DNA of 64,000 nt, taken from contig OZ361260.1 of NCBI GenBank assembly GCA_977018835.1, positions 2,666,001-2,730,000 on the forward strand, read 5' to 3'. The notes below the pieces were generated by a model that saw only the letters and a program-made list of their open reading frames with translations, was not told the DNA's origin and did not search any database. Shown one piece after another: positions 23,873-35,116 of this stretch. Position numbers and translations under genes: made by a program. The stretch is from Minutocellus sp. GHC0000111. Its lineage: Eukaryota. The first letter of the stretch is position 1. Each line of letters begins with the position of its first letter.

Positions 23873-24589
23873 ATGTTAGCTTTGATCACATACTTTGTTG
23901 TCATTGCTTCTATCTCATCTACTATACAATAGTGGGCGTGACCTATACACTAGATCTAGTAGTGGGCGTGACGAATTAGACTATAACAATAGAACGCCCA
24001 TGTACATTTTTTTTCCGAAATCCGGCGAGTTGGGGTTTCAGATGTGACAAATCTCAACCAAACAAGTAGAAATCGCAACATGGGAGTATTGCTTACCCTT
24101 GTGTATGATCAGCGCGAGGTATCTAGTGCTTTGGCGTTGGTTTCATTCACTACTTGGCTCTCGAGGTCGCTAGGTCGCTAATATCCTTCTCGTGGGGTCG
24201 ATGGTGGCCATAACCGCTGAGTTCCTTCACTGCATACTAGTGTCAAGAGAGACAAAGACGGTCACTTTACTACAGCTACAGCCAATAAAATGCACCATGA
24301 TGAGATGCTATACAAGTGTTATTGAGTTTGTGAATATGTATCGCGCTACACAGCGCAAACCTTCGTGGAGGTTGACGACCACCGCGAATTTTCCGAGAAA
24401 TTTTGCTGTATTTTTATACCTATTCTTCTCATTTGGTCTCACGACAGTACATAGGCCCTTCCATGAGCATATCTATCGCTTTGTAGTATATATAGACGGC
24501 TTTGGATAATGCCCTCATGCGGAAGTTGTGATTCCTTGTCAAAAATGATCGACCTTAATGAGTAGAAATTGTGCCCGGAACATTCTGGC

Positions 24590-25500
24590 GCCGACCTCCA
24601 CGAAACAGTCAGGTAGCGGTGAAAAGAGGAAGATCCGCAATAAACCCGCGAAACTTGCCATCAAAGCACTTCTATATACTACAGCTAAGCGATGATAATG
24701 CGGCACAGCACTGATCGGGCGTTTATGTGCGCAAACTAGCCCCATTACTGGCAAAAATACGCGCCGAAGAATGACGCCACCAACCTCCACGAACATTCAT
24801 GCAGCTACCAGAGCACCAATACATGCAGGAAACCTACGAAACTTTGTATCACTGAGCCACCCTATATCATATTGAAGAGACGATGATATCCCACCGCAGT
24901 GATTGTGTGCTCTTGTGCCCAAATCAGGCCCAGATGCTGTCAACATCCGCTTAGAAAAATGAAGCCGTCGACCTCCACGAGCCTTCATGTAGATACCGAA
25001 CCAACAACAACTCAAGAAAACCCACGAAACTTTCCATCAATGGTCCACCCCATATCATATCTATGAAGTGATGGTAAGCTACCGCGGTGATTGGGGGTCT
25101 AGTATCCAAACATGGCCTACTATTTGCATTTTTGGCCGCATCAAAATAAATTGTGAAGAAAACATGGGCCATTTTCAAGCTGGATCTGCCCCCAGTGCCG
25201 CCCTCGCCAAAACCATAGACACATCGCAACCACTCAAATCCGTCAATGATATATAATACCGTAAATCGATAGCCTTTCAATGCAGTAGTTGCCATTTCCT
25301 GTCGGTCAGATTCTGCATTTGAGTTTTCAGTCAGACGCTACAAAAATTGCGCCTTGGACCCCCAAGAAACATACAGGTACCTACGAAAGCACCAAATGTT
25401 GGACAAAACCTGCGAAATTTTGCATCAATGAGCCACCTACTATCATATGGAAGTGTCTATGATGTACAGCAGCAGTGATTGGGTCCCCATGGTCTCCATC
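24590..25500. repeat. Degenerate ~188-bp tandem repeat inside each 3-kb unit
   Basis: ACCTCCACGA at 24594, 24783, 24971. CGAAACTT-type motif at 24649, 24837, 25025 and a variant at 25413. Confidence 0.75.
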
Positions 25501-26857
25501 GATCCACATGTGTACAATTCTGATGTACCCAGATAACGAAAATCACCCATAAAAACTTTGAACACGTCATGGTTGGGCTCAAAAATCGACCCAAACCTCC
25601 GAAGCATAATATAGCCGTCCAATATGGGTCCATACCAACGGCTCCAAGGCCTTCTCACCAACTGTTTGGGGTAGATTCACTTGTCCATGGAGCAAATTGC
25701 ACTGGCGTGGAGTTGTTGAAAAGAATGAGAGGAAGCGCTTACACCCACTCTCGCACACGCATGCGCTTAATTCCATGCAGCGAACTCATCTCCAATAAGC
25801 ATATTTTTTGTCTTTGTTGTATACCTCGGTAGAATCGAACACGTTTCAGCGCTTTTCGTCTCCATTAGATGACGTGATGGACCTGATCTCCTTGTTGCGC
25901 CACCCTCAGAGCTCAAGAAATGACGATAAATCTAGTGACACGCCTCAAAGTGAGTTCCTTGCTGACATCCTAACCACCGGAGAAGTGCAGAAATCCATCA
26001 AGTACCATGGTAGGCAAGTGGCAAGAAAATATCCAAAGTTGTGATGGTTTCGGTATCGGCTTGGAGTCCAACTCTCCGTCGGCCTTCTCGAGGGACGGTC
26101 ATGCGAAGAAATCTTGGTCTGAAATTTGAGACGATGTCTTCATTTGGCGACAGTTACGCATGCAATCGCAATAGCTCAACCCCGCCATCGTTCGACACAT
26201 ATATCGGGCGGATGTTTGAAGCCATCAAGCGTTGCCACACTTGTTTTGGAAGCCAAGTTCCTGCCCATTTTCTGTTGAAATTCCCACCATTTCATCGTGA
26301 TTTGGCGGCGCAGGATGTGCTCATCGCCTGATTTCTCGAGTTGAAGGTAAGGAACTCTCCGACCTTTTCGCTGAAAGGTCAGCTAATAACACCATCGAGA
26401 GATGCTGAGGTCGGTGTGGCAGCTACATTGCTATGGCAGCTGTATTTCATGTTGCGGTGGTCGGTGGGGGTGGATAATGACATGCGTTGGGTTTTTGTGA
26501 CTGCACAAAGGTCACCACTCTTTGCATCAATTAGTTTCATCAAAATTGAATATTTTGACGAAATTTGGGAGTGAAAGTAAAATTTCACTCTCCAGACAAT
26601 AAAAATTTACAAATCTCTCAAAAGATATTTTCGGAGAGTGGTTCGGATCTTTCCCGCGGAAATGCTGAGCCGCAGAGGGGGAATACGTATCATCAGATGC
26701 CGTCGTTGCGAAGCCAGCTCCGGCCTTTCCTCATTATCAAATCATCCTCCCCATCAGCTCATCTTGCAGCGGTCCTCTAGTTATGCTGCCCACACGGCCA
26801 CATCTTCAGACATACACGTGCTGATATCGCATCAATTGTAACAAGCAAGAATCAACC

Positions 26858-27358
26858 ATGTCGATGAACATATTCCGTCTCACTGGAGACATGTGTCACC
26901 AGATAGCAATCATCCTTCTCATCTTACAGCTTAGTCGATCAAGAAATGCCAGAGGAATATCCGTCAAAACACAAGAGCTCCGGCTTCTGGTATTTTCGAC
27001 CCGATACCTAGATCTATTCACTACTTTCTATTCTACGTACAACACCGTCGCGAAAGTCTATTACCTCATCGCAACGACAGCAATTATTATCATGTGCAAA
27101 ACAGACCCAATCAAGAGCGTTTACAACGTAGATCATGACTATTTTCCGCACTGGAAGTTTGCAGTGCTGCCTTGCGCAGTCCTTGCTCTTGTGACCCATG
27201 TCGTTGGTAGTGGAATTGCGAGATTTGATATTATGGAGCTTCTTTGGACCTTATCGATTTATCTCGAGTCAATTGCCATTCTTCCGCAGCTTTTAGTACT
27301 GCGCAAATATCGCTTGGTTGAAAACCTAACTGGGAAGTTAGGGTTATTGAGTTTGTGA
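26858..27358 (+). pseudogene. ERD2: 3'-truncated ERD2 copy 1
   Basis: Matches 32908-33389 (one difference noted), then reads through the junction as GKLGLLSL*. Confidence 0.9.
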
Positions 27359-29882
27359 ATATGTATCGCGCTACACAGCGCAAACCTTCGTGGAGGTTGA
27401 CGACCACCGCGAATTTTCCGAGAAATTTTGCTGTATTTTTATACCTATTCTTCTCATTTGGTCTCACGACAGTACATAGGCCCTTCCATGAGCATATCTA
27501 TCGCTTTGTAGTATATATAGACGGCTTTGGATAATGCCCTCATGCGGAAGTTGTGATTCCTTGTCAAAAATGATCGACCTTAATGAGTAGAAATTGTGCC
27601 CGGAACATTCTGGCGCCGACCTCCACGAAACAGTCAGGTAGCGGTGAAAAGAGGAAGATCCGCAATAAACCCGCGAAACTTGCCATCAAAGCACTTCTAT
27701 ATACTACAGCTAAGCGATGATAATGCGGCACAGCACTGATCGGGCGTTTATGTGCGCAAACTAGCCCCATTACTGGCAAAAATACGCGCCGAAGAATGAC
27801 GCCACCAACCTCCACGAACATTCATGCAGCTACCAGAGCACCAATACATGCAGGAAACCTACGAAACTTTGTATCACTGAGCCACCCTATATCATATTGA
27901 AGAGACGATGATATCCCACCGCAGTGATTGTGTGCTCTTGTGCCCAAATCAGGCCCAGATGCTGTCAACATCCGCTTAGAAAAATGAAGCCGTCGACCTC
28001 CACGAGCCTTCATGTAGATACCGAACCAACAACAACTCAAGAAAACCCACGAAACTTTCCATCAATGGTCCACCCCATATCATATCTATGAAGTGATGGT
28101 AAGCTACCGCGGTGATTGGGGGTCTAGTATCCAAACATGGCCTACTATTTGCATTTTTGGCCGCATCAAAATAAATTGTGAAGAAAACATGGGCCATTTT
28201 CAAGCTGGATCTGCCCCCAGTGCCGCCCTCGCCAAAACCATAGACACATCGCAACCACTCAAATCCGTCAATGATATATAATACCGTAAATCGATAGCCT
28301 TTCAATGCAGTAGTTGCCATTTCCTGTCGGTCAGATTCTGCATTTGAGTTTTCAGTCAGACGCTACAAAAATTGCGCCTTGGACCCCCAAGAAACATACA
28401 GGTACCTACGAAAGCACCAAATGTTGGACAAAACCTGCGAAATTTTGCATCAATGAGCCACCTACTATCATATGGAAGTGTCTATGATGTACAGCAGCAG
28501 TGATTGGGTCCCCATGGTCTCCATCGATCCACATGTGTACAATTCTGATGTACCCAGATAACGAAAATCACCCATAAAAACTTTGAACACGTCATGGTTG
28601 GGCTCAAAAATCGACCCAAACCTCCGAAGCATAATATAGCCGTCCAATATGGGTCCATACCAACGGCTCCAAGGCCTTCTCACCAACTGTTTGGGGTAGA
28701 TTCACTTGTCCATGGAGCAAATTGCACTGGCGTGGAGTTGTTGAAAAGAATGAGAGGAAGCGCTTACACCCACTCTCGCACACGCATGCGCTTAATTCCA
28801 TGCAGCGAACTCATCTCCAATAAGCATATTTTTTGTCTTTGTTGTATACCTCGGTAGAATCGAACACGTTTCAGCGCTTTTCGTCTCCATTAGATGACGT
28901 GATGGACCTGATCTCCTTGTTGCGCCACCCTCAGAGCTCAAGAAATGACGATAAATCTAGTGACACGCCTCAAAGTGAGTTCCTTGCTGACATCCTAACC
29001 ACCGGAGAAGTGCAGAAATCCATCAAGTACCATGGTAGGCAAGTGGCAAGAAAATATCCAAAGTTGTGATGGTTTCGGTATCGGCTTGGAGTCCAACTCT
29101 CCGTCGGCCTTCTCGAGGGACGGTCATGCGAAGAAATCTTGGTCTGAAATTTGAGACGATGTCTTCATTTGGCGACAGTTACGCATGCAATCGCAATAGC
29201 TCAACCCCGCCATCGTTCGACACATATATCGGGCGGATGTTTGAAGCCATCAAGCGTTGCCACACTTGTTTTGGAAGCCAAGTTCCTGCCCATTTTCTGT
29301 TGAAATTCCCACCATTTCATCGTGATTTGGCGGCGCAGGATGTGCTCATCGCCTGATTTCTCGAGTTGAAGGTAAGGAACTCTCCGACCTTTTCGCTGAA
29401 AGGTCAGCTAATAACACCATCGAGAGATGCTGAGGTCGGTGTGGCAGCTACATTGCTATGGCAGCTGTATTTCATGTTGCGGTGGTCGGTGGGGGTGGAT
29501 AATGACATGCGTTGGGTTTTTGTGACTGCACAAAGGTCACCACTCTTTGCATCAATTAGTTTCATCAAAATTGAATATTTTGACGAAATTTGGGAGTGAA
29601 AGTAAAATTTCACTCTCCAGACAATAAAAATTTACAAATCTCTCAAAAGATATTTTCGGAGAGTGGTTCGGATCTTTCCCGCGGAAATGCTGAGCCGCAG
29701 AGGGGGAATACGTATCATCAGATGCCGTCGTTGCGAAGCCAGCTCCGGCCTTTCCTCATTATCAAATCATCCTCCCCATCAGCTCATCTTGCAGCGGTCC
29801 TCTAGTTATGCTGCCCACACGGCCACATCTTCAGACATACACGTGCTGATATCGCATCAATTGTAACAAGCAAGAATCAACC

Positions 29883-30383
29883 ATGTCGATGAACATATTC
29901 CGTCTCACTGGAGACATGTGTCACCAGATAGCAATCATCCTTCTCATCTTACAGCTTAGTCGATCAAGAAATGCCAGAGGAATATCCGTCAAAACACAAG
30001 AGCTCCGGCTTCTGGTATTTTCGACCCGATACCTAGATCTATTCACTACTTTCTATTCTACGTACAACACCGTCGCGAAAGTCTATTACCTCATCGCAAC
30101 GACAGCAATTATTATCATGTGCAAAACAGACCCAATCAAGAGCGTTTACAACGTAGATCATGACTATTTTCCGCACTGGAAGTTTGCAGTGCTGCCTTGC
30201 GCAGTCCTTGCTCTTGTGACCCATGTCGTTGGTAGTGGAATTGCGAGATTTGATATTATGGAGCTTCTTTGGACCTTATCGATTTATCTCGAGTCAATTG
30301 CCATTCTTCCGCAGCTTTTAGTACTGCGCAAATATCGCTTGGTTGAAAACCTAACTGGGAAGTTAGGGTTATTGAGTTTGTGA
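29883..30383 (+). pseudogene. ERD2: 3'-truncated ERD2 copy 2
   Basis: Same as copy 1, offset by 3025 bp. Confidence 0.9.
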
Positions 30384-32907
30384 ATATGTATCGCGCTACA
30401 CAGCGCAAACCTTCGTGGAGGTTGACGACCACCGCGAATTTTCCGAGAAATTTTGCTGTATTTTTATACCTATTCTTCTCATTTGGTCTCACGACAGTAC
30501 ATAGGCCCTTCCATGAGCATATCTATCGCTTTGTAGTATATATAGACGGCTTTGGATAATGCCCTCATGCGGAAGTTGTGATTCCTTGTCAAAAATGATC
30601 GACCTTAATGAGTAGAAATTGTGCCCGGAACATTCTGGCGCCGACCTCCACGAAACAGTCAGGTAGCGGTGAAAAGAGGAAGATCCGCAATAAACCCGCG
30701 AAACTTGCCATCAAAGCACTTCTATATACTACAGCTAAGCGATGATAATGCGGCACAGCACTGATCGGGCGTTTATGTGCGCAAACTAGCCCCATTACTG
30801 GCAAAAATACGCGCCGAAGAATGACGCCACCAACCTCCACGAACATTCATGCAGCTACCAGAGCACCAATACATGCAGGAAACCTACGAAACTTTGTATC
30901 ACTGAGCCACCCTATATCATATTGAAGAGACGATGATATCCCACCGCAGTGATTGTGTGCTCTTGTGCCCAAATCAGGCCCAGATGCTGTCAACATCCGC
31001 TTAGAAAAATGAAGCCGTCGACCTCCACGAGCCTTCATGTAGATACCGAACCAACAACAACTCAAGAAAACCCACGAAACTTTCCATCAATGGTCCACCC
31101 CATATCATATCTATGAAGTGATGGTAAGCTACCGCGGTGATTGGGGGTCTAGTATCCAAACATGGCCTACTATTTGCATTTTTGGCCGCATCAAAATAAA
31201 TTGTGAAGAAAACATGGGCCATTTTCAAGCTGGATCTGCCCCCAGTGCCGCCCTCGCCAAAACCATAGACACATCGCAACCACTCAAATCCGTCAATGAT
31301 ATATAATACCGTAAATCGATAGCCTTTCAATGCAGTAGTTGCCATTTCCTGTCGGTCAGATTCTGCATTTGAGTTTTCAGTCAGACGCTACAAAAATTGC
31401 GCCTTGGACCCCCAAGAAACATACAGGTACCTACGAAAGCACCAAATGTTGGACAAAACCTGCGAAATTTTGCATCAATGAGCCACCTACTATCATATGG
31501 AAGTGTCTATGATGTACAGCAGCAGTGATTGGGTCCCCATGGTCTCCATCGATCCACATGTGTACAATTCTGATGTACCCAGATAACGAAAATCACCCAT
31601 AAAAACTTTGAACACGTCATGGTTGGGCTCAAAAATCGACCCAAACCTCCGAAGCATAATATAGCCGTCCAATATGGGTCCATACCAACGGCTCCAAGGC
31701 CTTCTCACCAACTGTTTGGGGTAGATTCACTTGTCCATGGAGCAAATTGCACTGGCGTGGAGTTGTTGAAAAGAATGAGAGGAAGCGCTTACACCCACTC
31801 TCGCACACGCATGCGCTTAATTCCATGCAGCGAACTCATCTCCAATAAGCATATTTTTTGTCTTTGTTGTATACCTCGGTAGAATCGAACACGTTTCAGC
31901 GCTTTTCGTCTCCATTAGATGACGTGATGGACCTGATCTCCTTGTTGCGCCACCCTCAGAGCTCAAGAAATGACGATAAATCTAGTGACACGCCTCAAAG
32001 TGAGTTCCTTGCTGACATCCTAACCACCGGAGAAGTGCAGAAATCCATCAAGTACCATGGTAGGCAAGTGGCAAGAAAATATCCAAAGTTGTGATGGTTT
32101 CGGTATCGGCTTGGAGTCCAACTCTCCGTCGGCCTTCTCGAGGGACGGTCATGCGAAGAAATCTTGGTCTGAAATTTGAGACGATGTCTTCATTTGGCGA
32201 CAGTTACGCATGCAATCGCAATAGCTCAACCCCGCCATCGTTCGACACATATATCGGGCGGATGTTTGAAGCCATCAAGCGTTGCCACACTTGTTTTGGA
32301 AGCCAAGTTCCTGCCCATTTTCTGTTGAAATTCCCACCATTTCATCGTGATTTGGCGGCGCAGGATGTGCTCATCGCCTGATTTCTCGAGTTGAAGGTAA
32401 GGAACTCTCCGACCTTTTCGCTGAAAGGTCAGCTAATAACACCATCGAGAGATGCTGAGGTCGGTGTGGCAGCTACATTGCTATGGCAGCTGTATTTCAT
32501 GTTGCGGTGGTCGGTGGGGGTGGATAATGACATGCGTTGGGTTTTTGTGACTGCACAAAGGTCACCACTCTTTGCATCAATTAGTTTCATCAAAATTGAA
32601 TATTTTGACGAAATTTGGGAGTGAAAGTAAAATTTCACTCTCCAGACAATAAAAATTTACAAATCTCTCAAAAGATATTTTCGGAGAGTGGTTCGGATCT
32701 TTCCCGCGGAAATGCTGAGCCGCAGAGGGGGAATACGTATCATCAGATGCCGTCGTTGCGAAGCCAGCTCCGGCCTTTCCTCATTATCAAATCATCCTCC
32801 CCATCAGCTCATCTTGCAGCGGCCCTCTAGTTATGCTGCCCACACGGCCACATCTTCAGACATACACGTGCTGATATCGCATCAATTGTAACAAGCAAGA
32901 ATCAACC

Positions 32908-33819
32908 ATGTCGATGAACATATTCCGTCTCACTGGAGACATGTGTCACCAGATAGCAATCATCCTTCTCATCTTACAGCTTAGTCGATCAAGAAATGCC
33001 AGAGGAATATCCGTCAAAACACAAGAGCTCCGGCTTCTGGTATTTTCGACCCGATACCTAGATCTATTCACTACTTTCTATTCTACGTACAACACCGTCG
33101 CGAAAGTCTATTACCTCATCGCAACGACAGCAATTATTATCATGTGCAAAACAGACCCAATCAAGAGCGTTTACAACGTAGATCATGACTATTTTCCGCA
33201 CTGGAAGTTTGCAGTGCTGCCTTGCGCAGTCCTTGCTCTTGTGACCCATGTCGTTGGTAGTGGAATTGCGAGATTTGATATTATTGAGCTTCTTTGGACC
33301 TTATCGATTTATCTCGAGTCAATTGCCATTCTTCCGCAGCTTTTAGTACTGCGCAAATATCGCTTGGTTGAAAACCTAACTGGGAAGTTCATGCTGCTGT
33401 TGGGTCTGTACAGGTTCTTCTACATTCTAAATTGGATATACAGAGCACATCACGAGCCAATGTATCAGCACCACTTTGTCGTTTACATTTGCGGAACAAT
33501 CCAAACTCTACTTTATGCCGACTTTTTCTATCAATATGCTCGCGCAACAAGATTCTGTGGCTGTTATCGGGATGATACTCGTACAAACACTTACATGCGA
33601 GGTGTTTTGGACGATGACGATGTGATGAGTGAGGACGAGGACGACGATGGCCTAGTCTTTGAGATATCAAGATCTGCTCAACAACCAGTAGACAGTTCGC
33701 AGGCAAAGCCTCTTCTCGACATTTCGTCTTGTGACGATGGGGATTCCGAGCTGAGAGCTAGAAGCGCAGGCGAGGGCAGGACTATGGATGCGGAAGCTGC
33801 AGCTATAATTCAGATGTAA
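32908..33819 (+). CDS. ERD2: ER lumen protein retaining (KDEL/HDEL) receptor with acidic C-terminal extension
   Basis: MNIFRLTGDMCH, GISVKTQEL, TRYLDLF, SIYLESIAILPQL, LGLYRFFYILNWIYR, QTLLYADFFY. Confidence 0.95.
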   Translation: MSMNIFRLTGDMCHQIAIILLILQLSRSRNARGISVKTQELRLLVFSTRYLDLFTTFYSTYNTVAKVYYLIATTAIIIMCKTDPIKSVYNVDHDYFPHWKFAVLPCAVLALVTHVVGSGIARFDIIELLWTLSIYLESIAILPQLLVLRKYRLVENLTGKFMLLLGLYRFFYILNWIYRAHHEPMYQHHFVVYICGTIQTLLYADFFYQYARATRFCGCYRDDTRTNTYMRGVLDDDDVMSEDEDDDGLVFEISRSAQQPVDSSQAKPLLDISSCDDGDSELRARSAGEGRTMDAEAAAIIQM

Positions 33820-33965
33820 TATATAATTATCCTTCTATGATGAAATACTGTTGTTTGGTTTGAACTAATGCAATGCCCTCCTCCTTCTTTTGATTATGAT
33901 TTTTCTCGCGCTGGTTGAAATTCCGCGCTTTCAAAAGGCAGAATCGATGATATTTCGTGTTACAT

Positions 33966-34733
33966 TTATTGCTCAACAACCATAGTGCCCTCGTCATTGT
34001 TGACACTCTCCTCATCATCGTCTGCATCTGAGTCATCATTTCCGTTCAGGAGAGAGACAAACCCCTGCGCTGTTAGGGTCATGTCAAGAATTCGAATTGG
34101 TGCATTATCGCCCGCGACTTCACCTGCAAAATCAAGCGCTTTGTCTACATTCCCAACGATCTCATCAGTAACTCGATCTTGATTTTCAGGAGGAATTGGC
34201 ACCGCAACCTCGAAACCTGCTACTACATTCTTTTTCTGATCACGAACCCGGGGGGAATACCACCAATGAAACCAAAAAACTCTTCTCATATTTTCGCCTT
34301 GGCCTTCTTCATCTCTAATCCCAATTCCAGTCCCAATGTCAGCCGCGTCGTCATCAAAGCTCAATCGATAACTGGAATCGTCAGCATGTTCACCAGTACT
34401 CGAAGCCCGATTGCATGTTATTGTCACGCTACATGAAAGGAAGTTGTGGATTATATTGTCGGTAGTATTGAATTCGTGTACTTCCACCCAAAGATTTTGG
34501 TCGGTTCCGTCTTCCCGCCCAAGTGTCTGCGTCAGAACATCTTTCATCGATATTCTTGCCCAAGCATAGACAGTGGGCTCTCCACCTCCAGGCGGCTCGG
34601 GCCCGTGAATTGTCACCGTCCAAGGCGCTAGCTCCTCTTCTTTCTGTTTCTTCAGGTCATCTATTTCCTTTGCCATATCCTCAACGACTCTGTCACGTAT
34701 CGCCGCCGCGACGAATGGGGCAAGGTCGCTCAT
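33966..34733 (-). CDS. Hypothetical protein (MSDLAPFVAAAIRD.. N-terminus, short coiled coil)
   Basis: 255-aa ATG-initiated ORF with coding-like composition; no recognised domain. Confidence 0.6.
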   Translation of the reverse strand: MSDLAPFVAAAIRDRVVEDMAKEIDDLKKQKEEELAPWTVTIHGPEPPGGGEPTVYAWARISMKDVLTQTLGREDGTDQNLWVEVHEFNTTDNIIHNFLSCSVTITCNRASSTGEHADDSSYRLSFDDDAADIGTGIGIRDEEGQGENMRRVFWFHWWYSPRVRDQKKNVVAGFEVAVPIPPENQDRVTDEIVGNVDKALDFAGEVAGDNAPIRILDMTLTAQGFVSLLNGNDDSDADDDEESVNNDEGTMVVEQ

Positions 34734-34800
34734 TGTTGCCCAATGTTCTTCTCAGTCATGTCTTATTGCAGTGAGAATTCGTGCAGTCAAGATACGAACG

Positions 34801-34873
34801 GGTACCTAGGTAGGGTCGGTAGCATGCAGGCAGCGCGTACCTAGGCCTAGGTACCTAGGCCTAGGCCTAGGTA
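34801..34873. repeat. Nested palindromic CCTAGG / TAGGCCTA / GGTACC cluster
   Basis: GGTACCTAGGTA...TACCTAGGCCTAGGTACCTAGGCCTAGGCCTAGGTA. Confidence 0.9.
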
Positions 34874-35116
34874 GCAGCAATCCATTTGAATCATTTGAAT
34901 CGACGGACAGACCATTTATCTATGTGCTATGACATGACCGAAGCGACCGCACTGAGACCATCAGCATGTGGTGAGGTTGGACCCACATTGCTACACCGTC
35001 TACCCACGAGTGATCTCAAGAGCTCTACAAGAATTGATAATTATGAGAGCACTTCAGCTTTGTTTCTGTCGATAGCGCTTGGAGCTTGATCGGCCTTCGA
35101 CATTCCGTGATACAGA

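Larger units (their letters stand above)
24318..33389 (+). repeat. Tandem triplication with 3,025-bp period (24318-27339, 27343-30364, 30368-33389)
   Basis: Identical ORF sets recur at offsets of 3025. A 3-bp AGG filler lies at both junctions. Only two differences were noticed (32823, 33285). Confidence 0.97.

Noticed and set aside
24590..25500. Periodic motifs as a CRISPR-like array
   Set aside because: Whole monomers are diverged homologs, not identical repeats with unique spacers. The context is eukaryotic and no cas genes are present.
25808..26600. Chain of short ORFs upstream of ERD2 as a gene
   Set aside because: Fragmented by stops, non-ATG starts and no recognisable motif; at most an unidentifiable relic.
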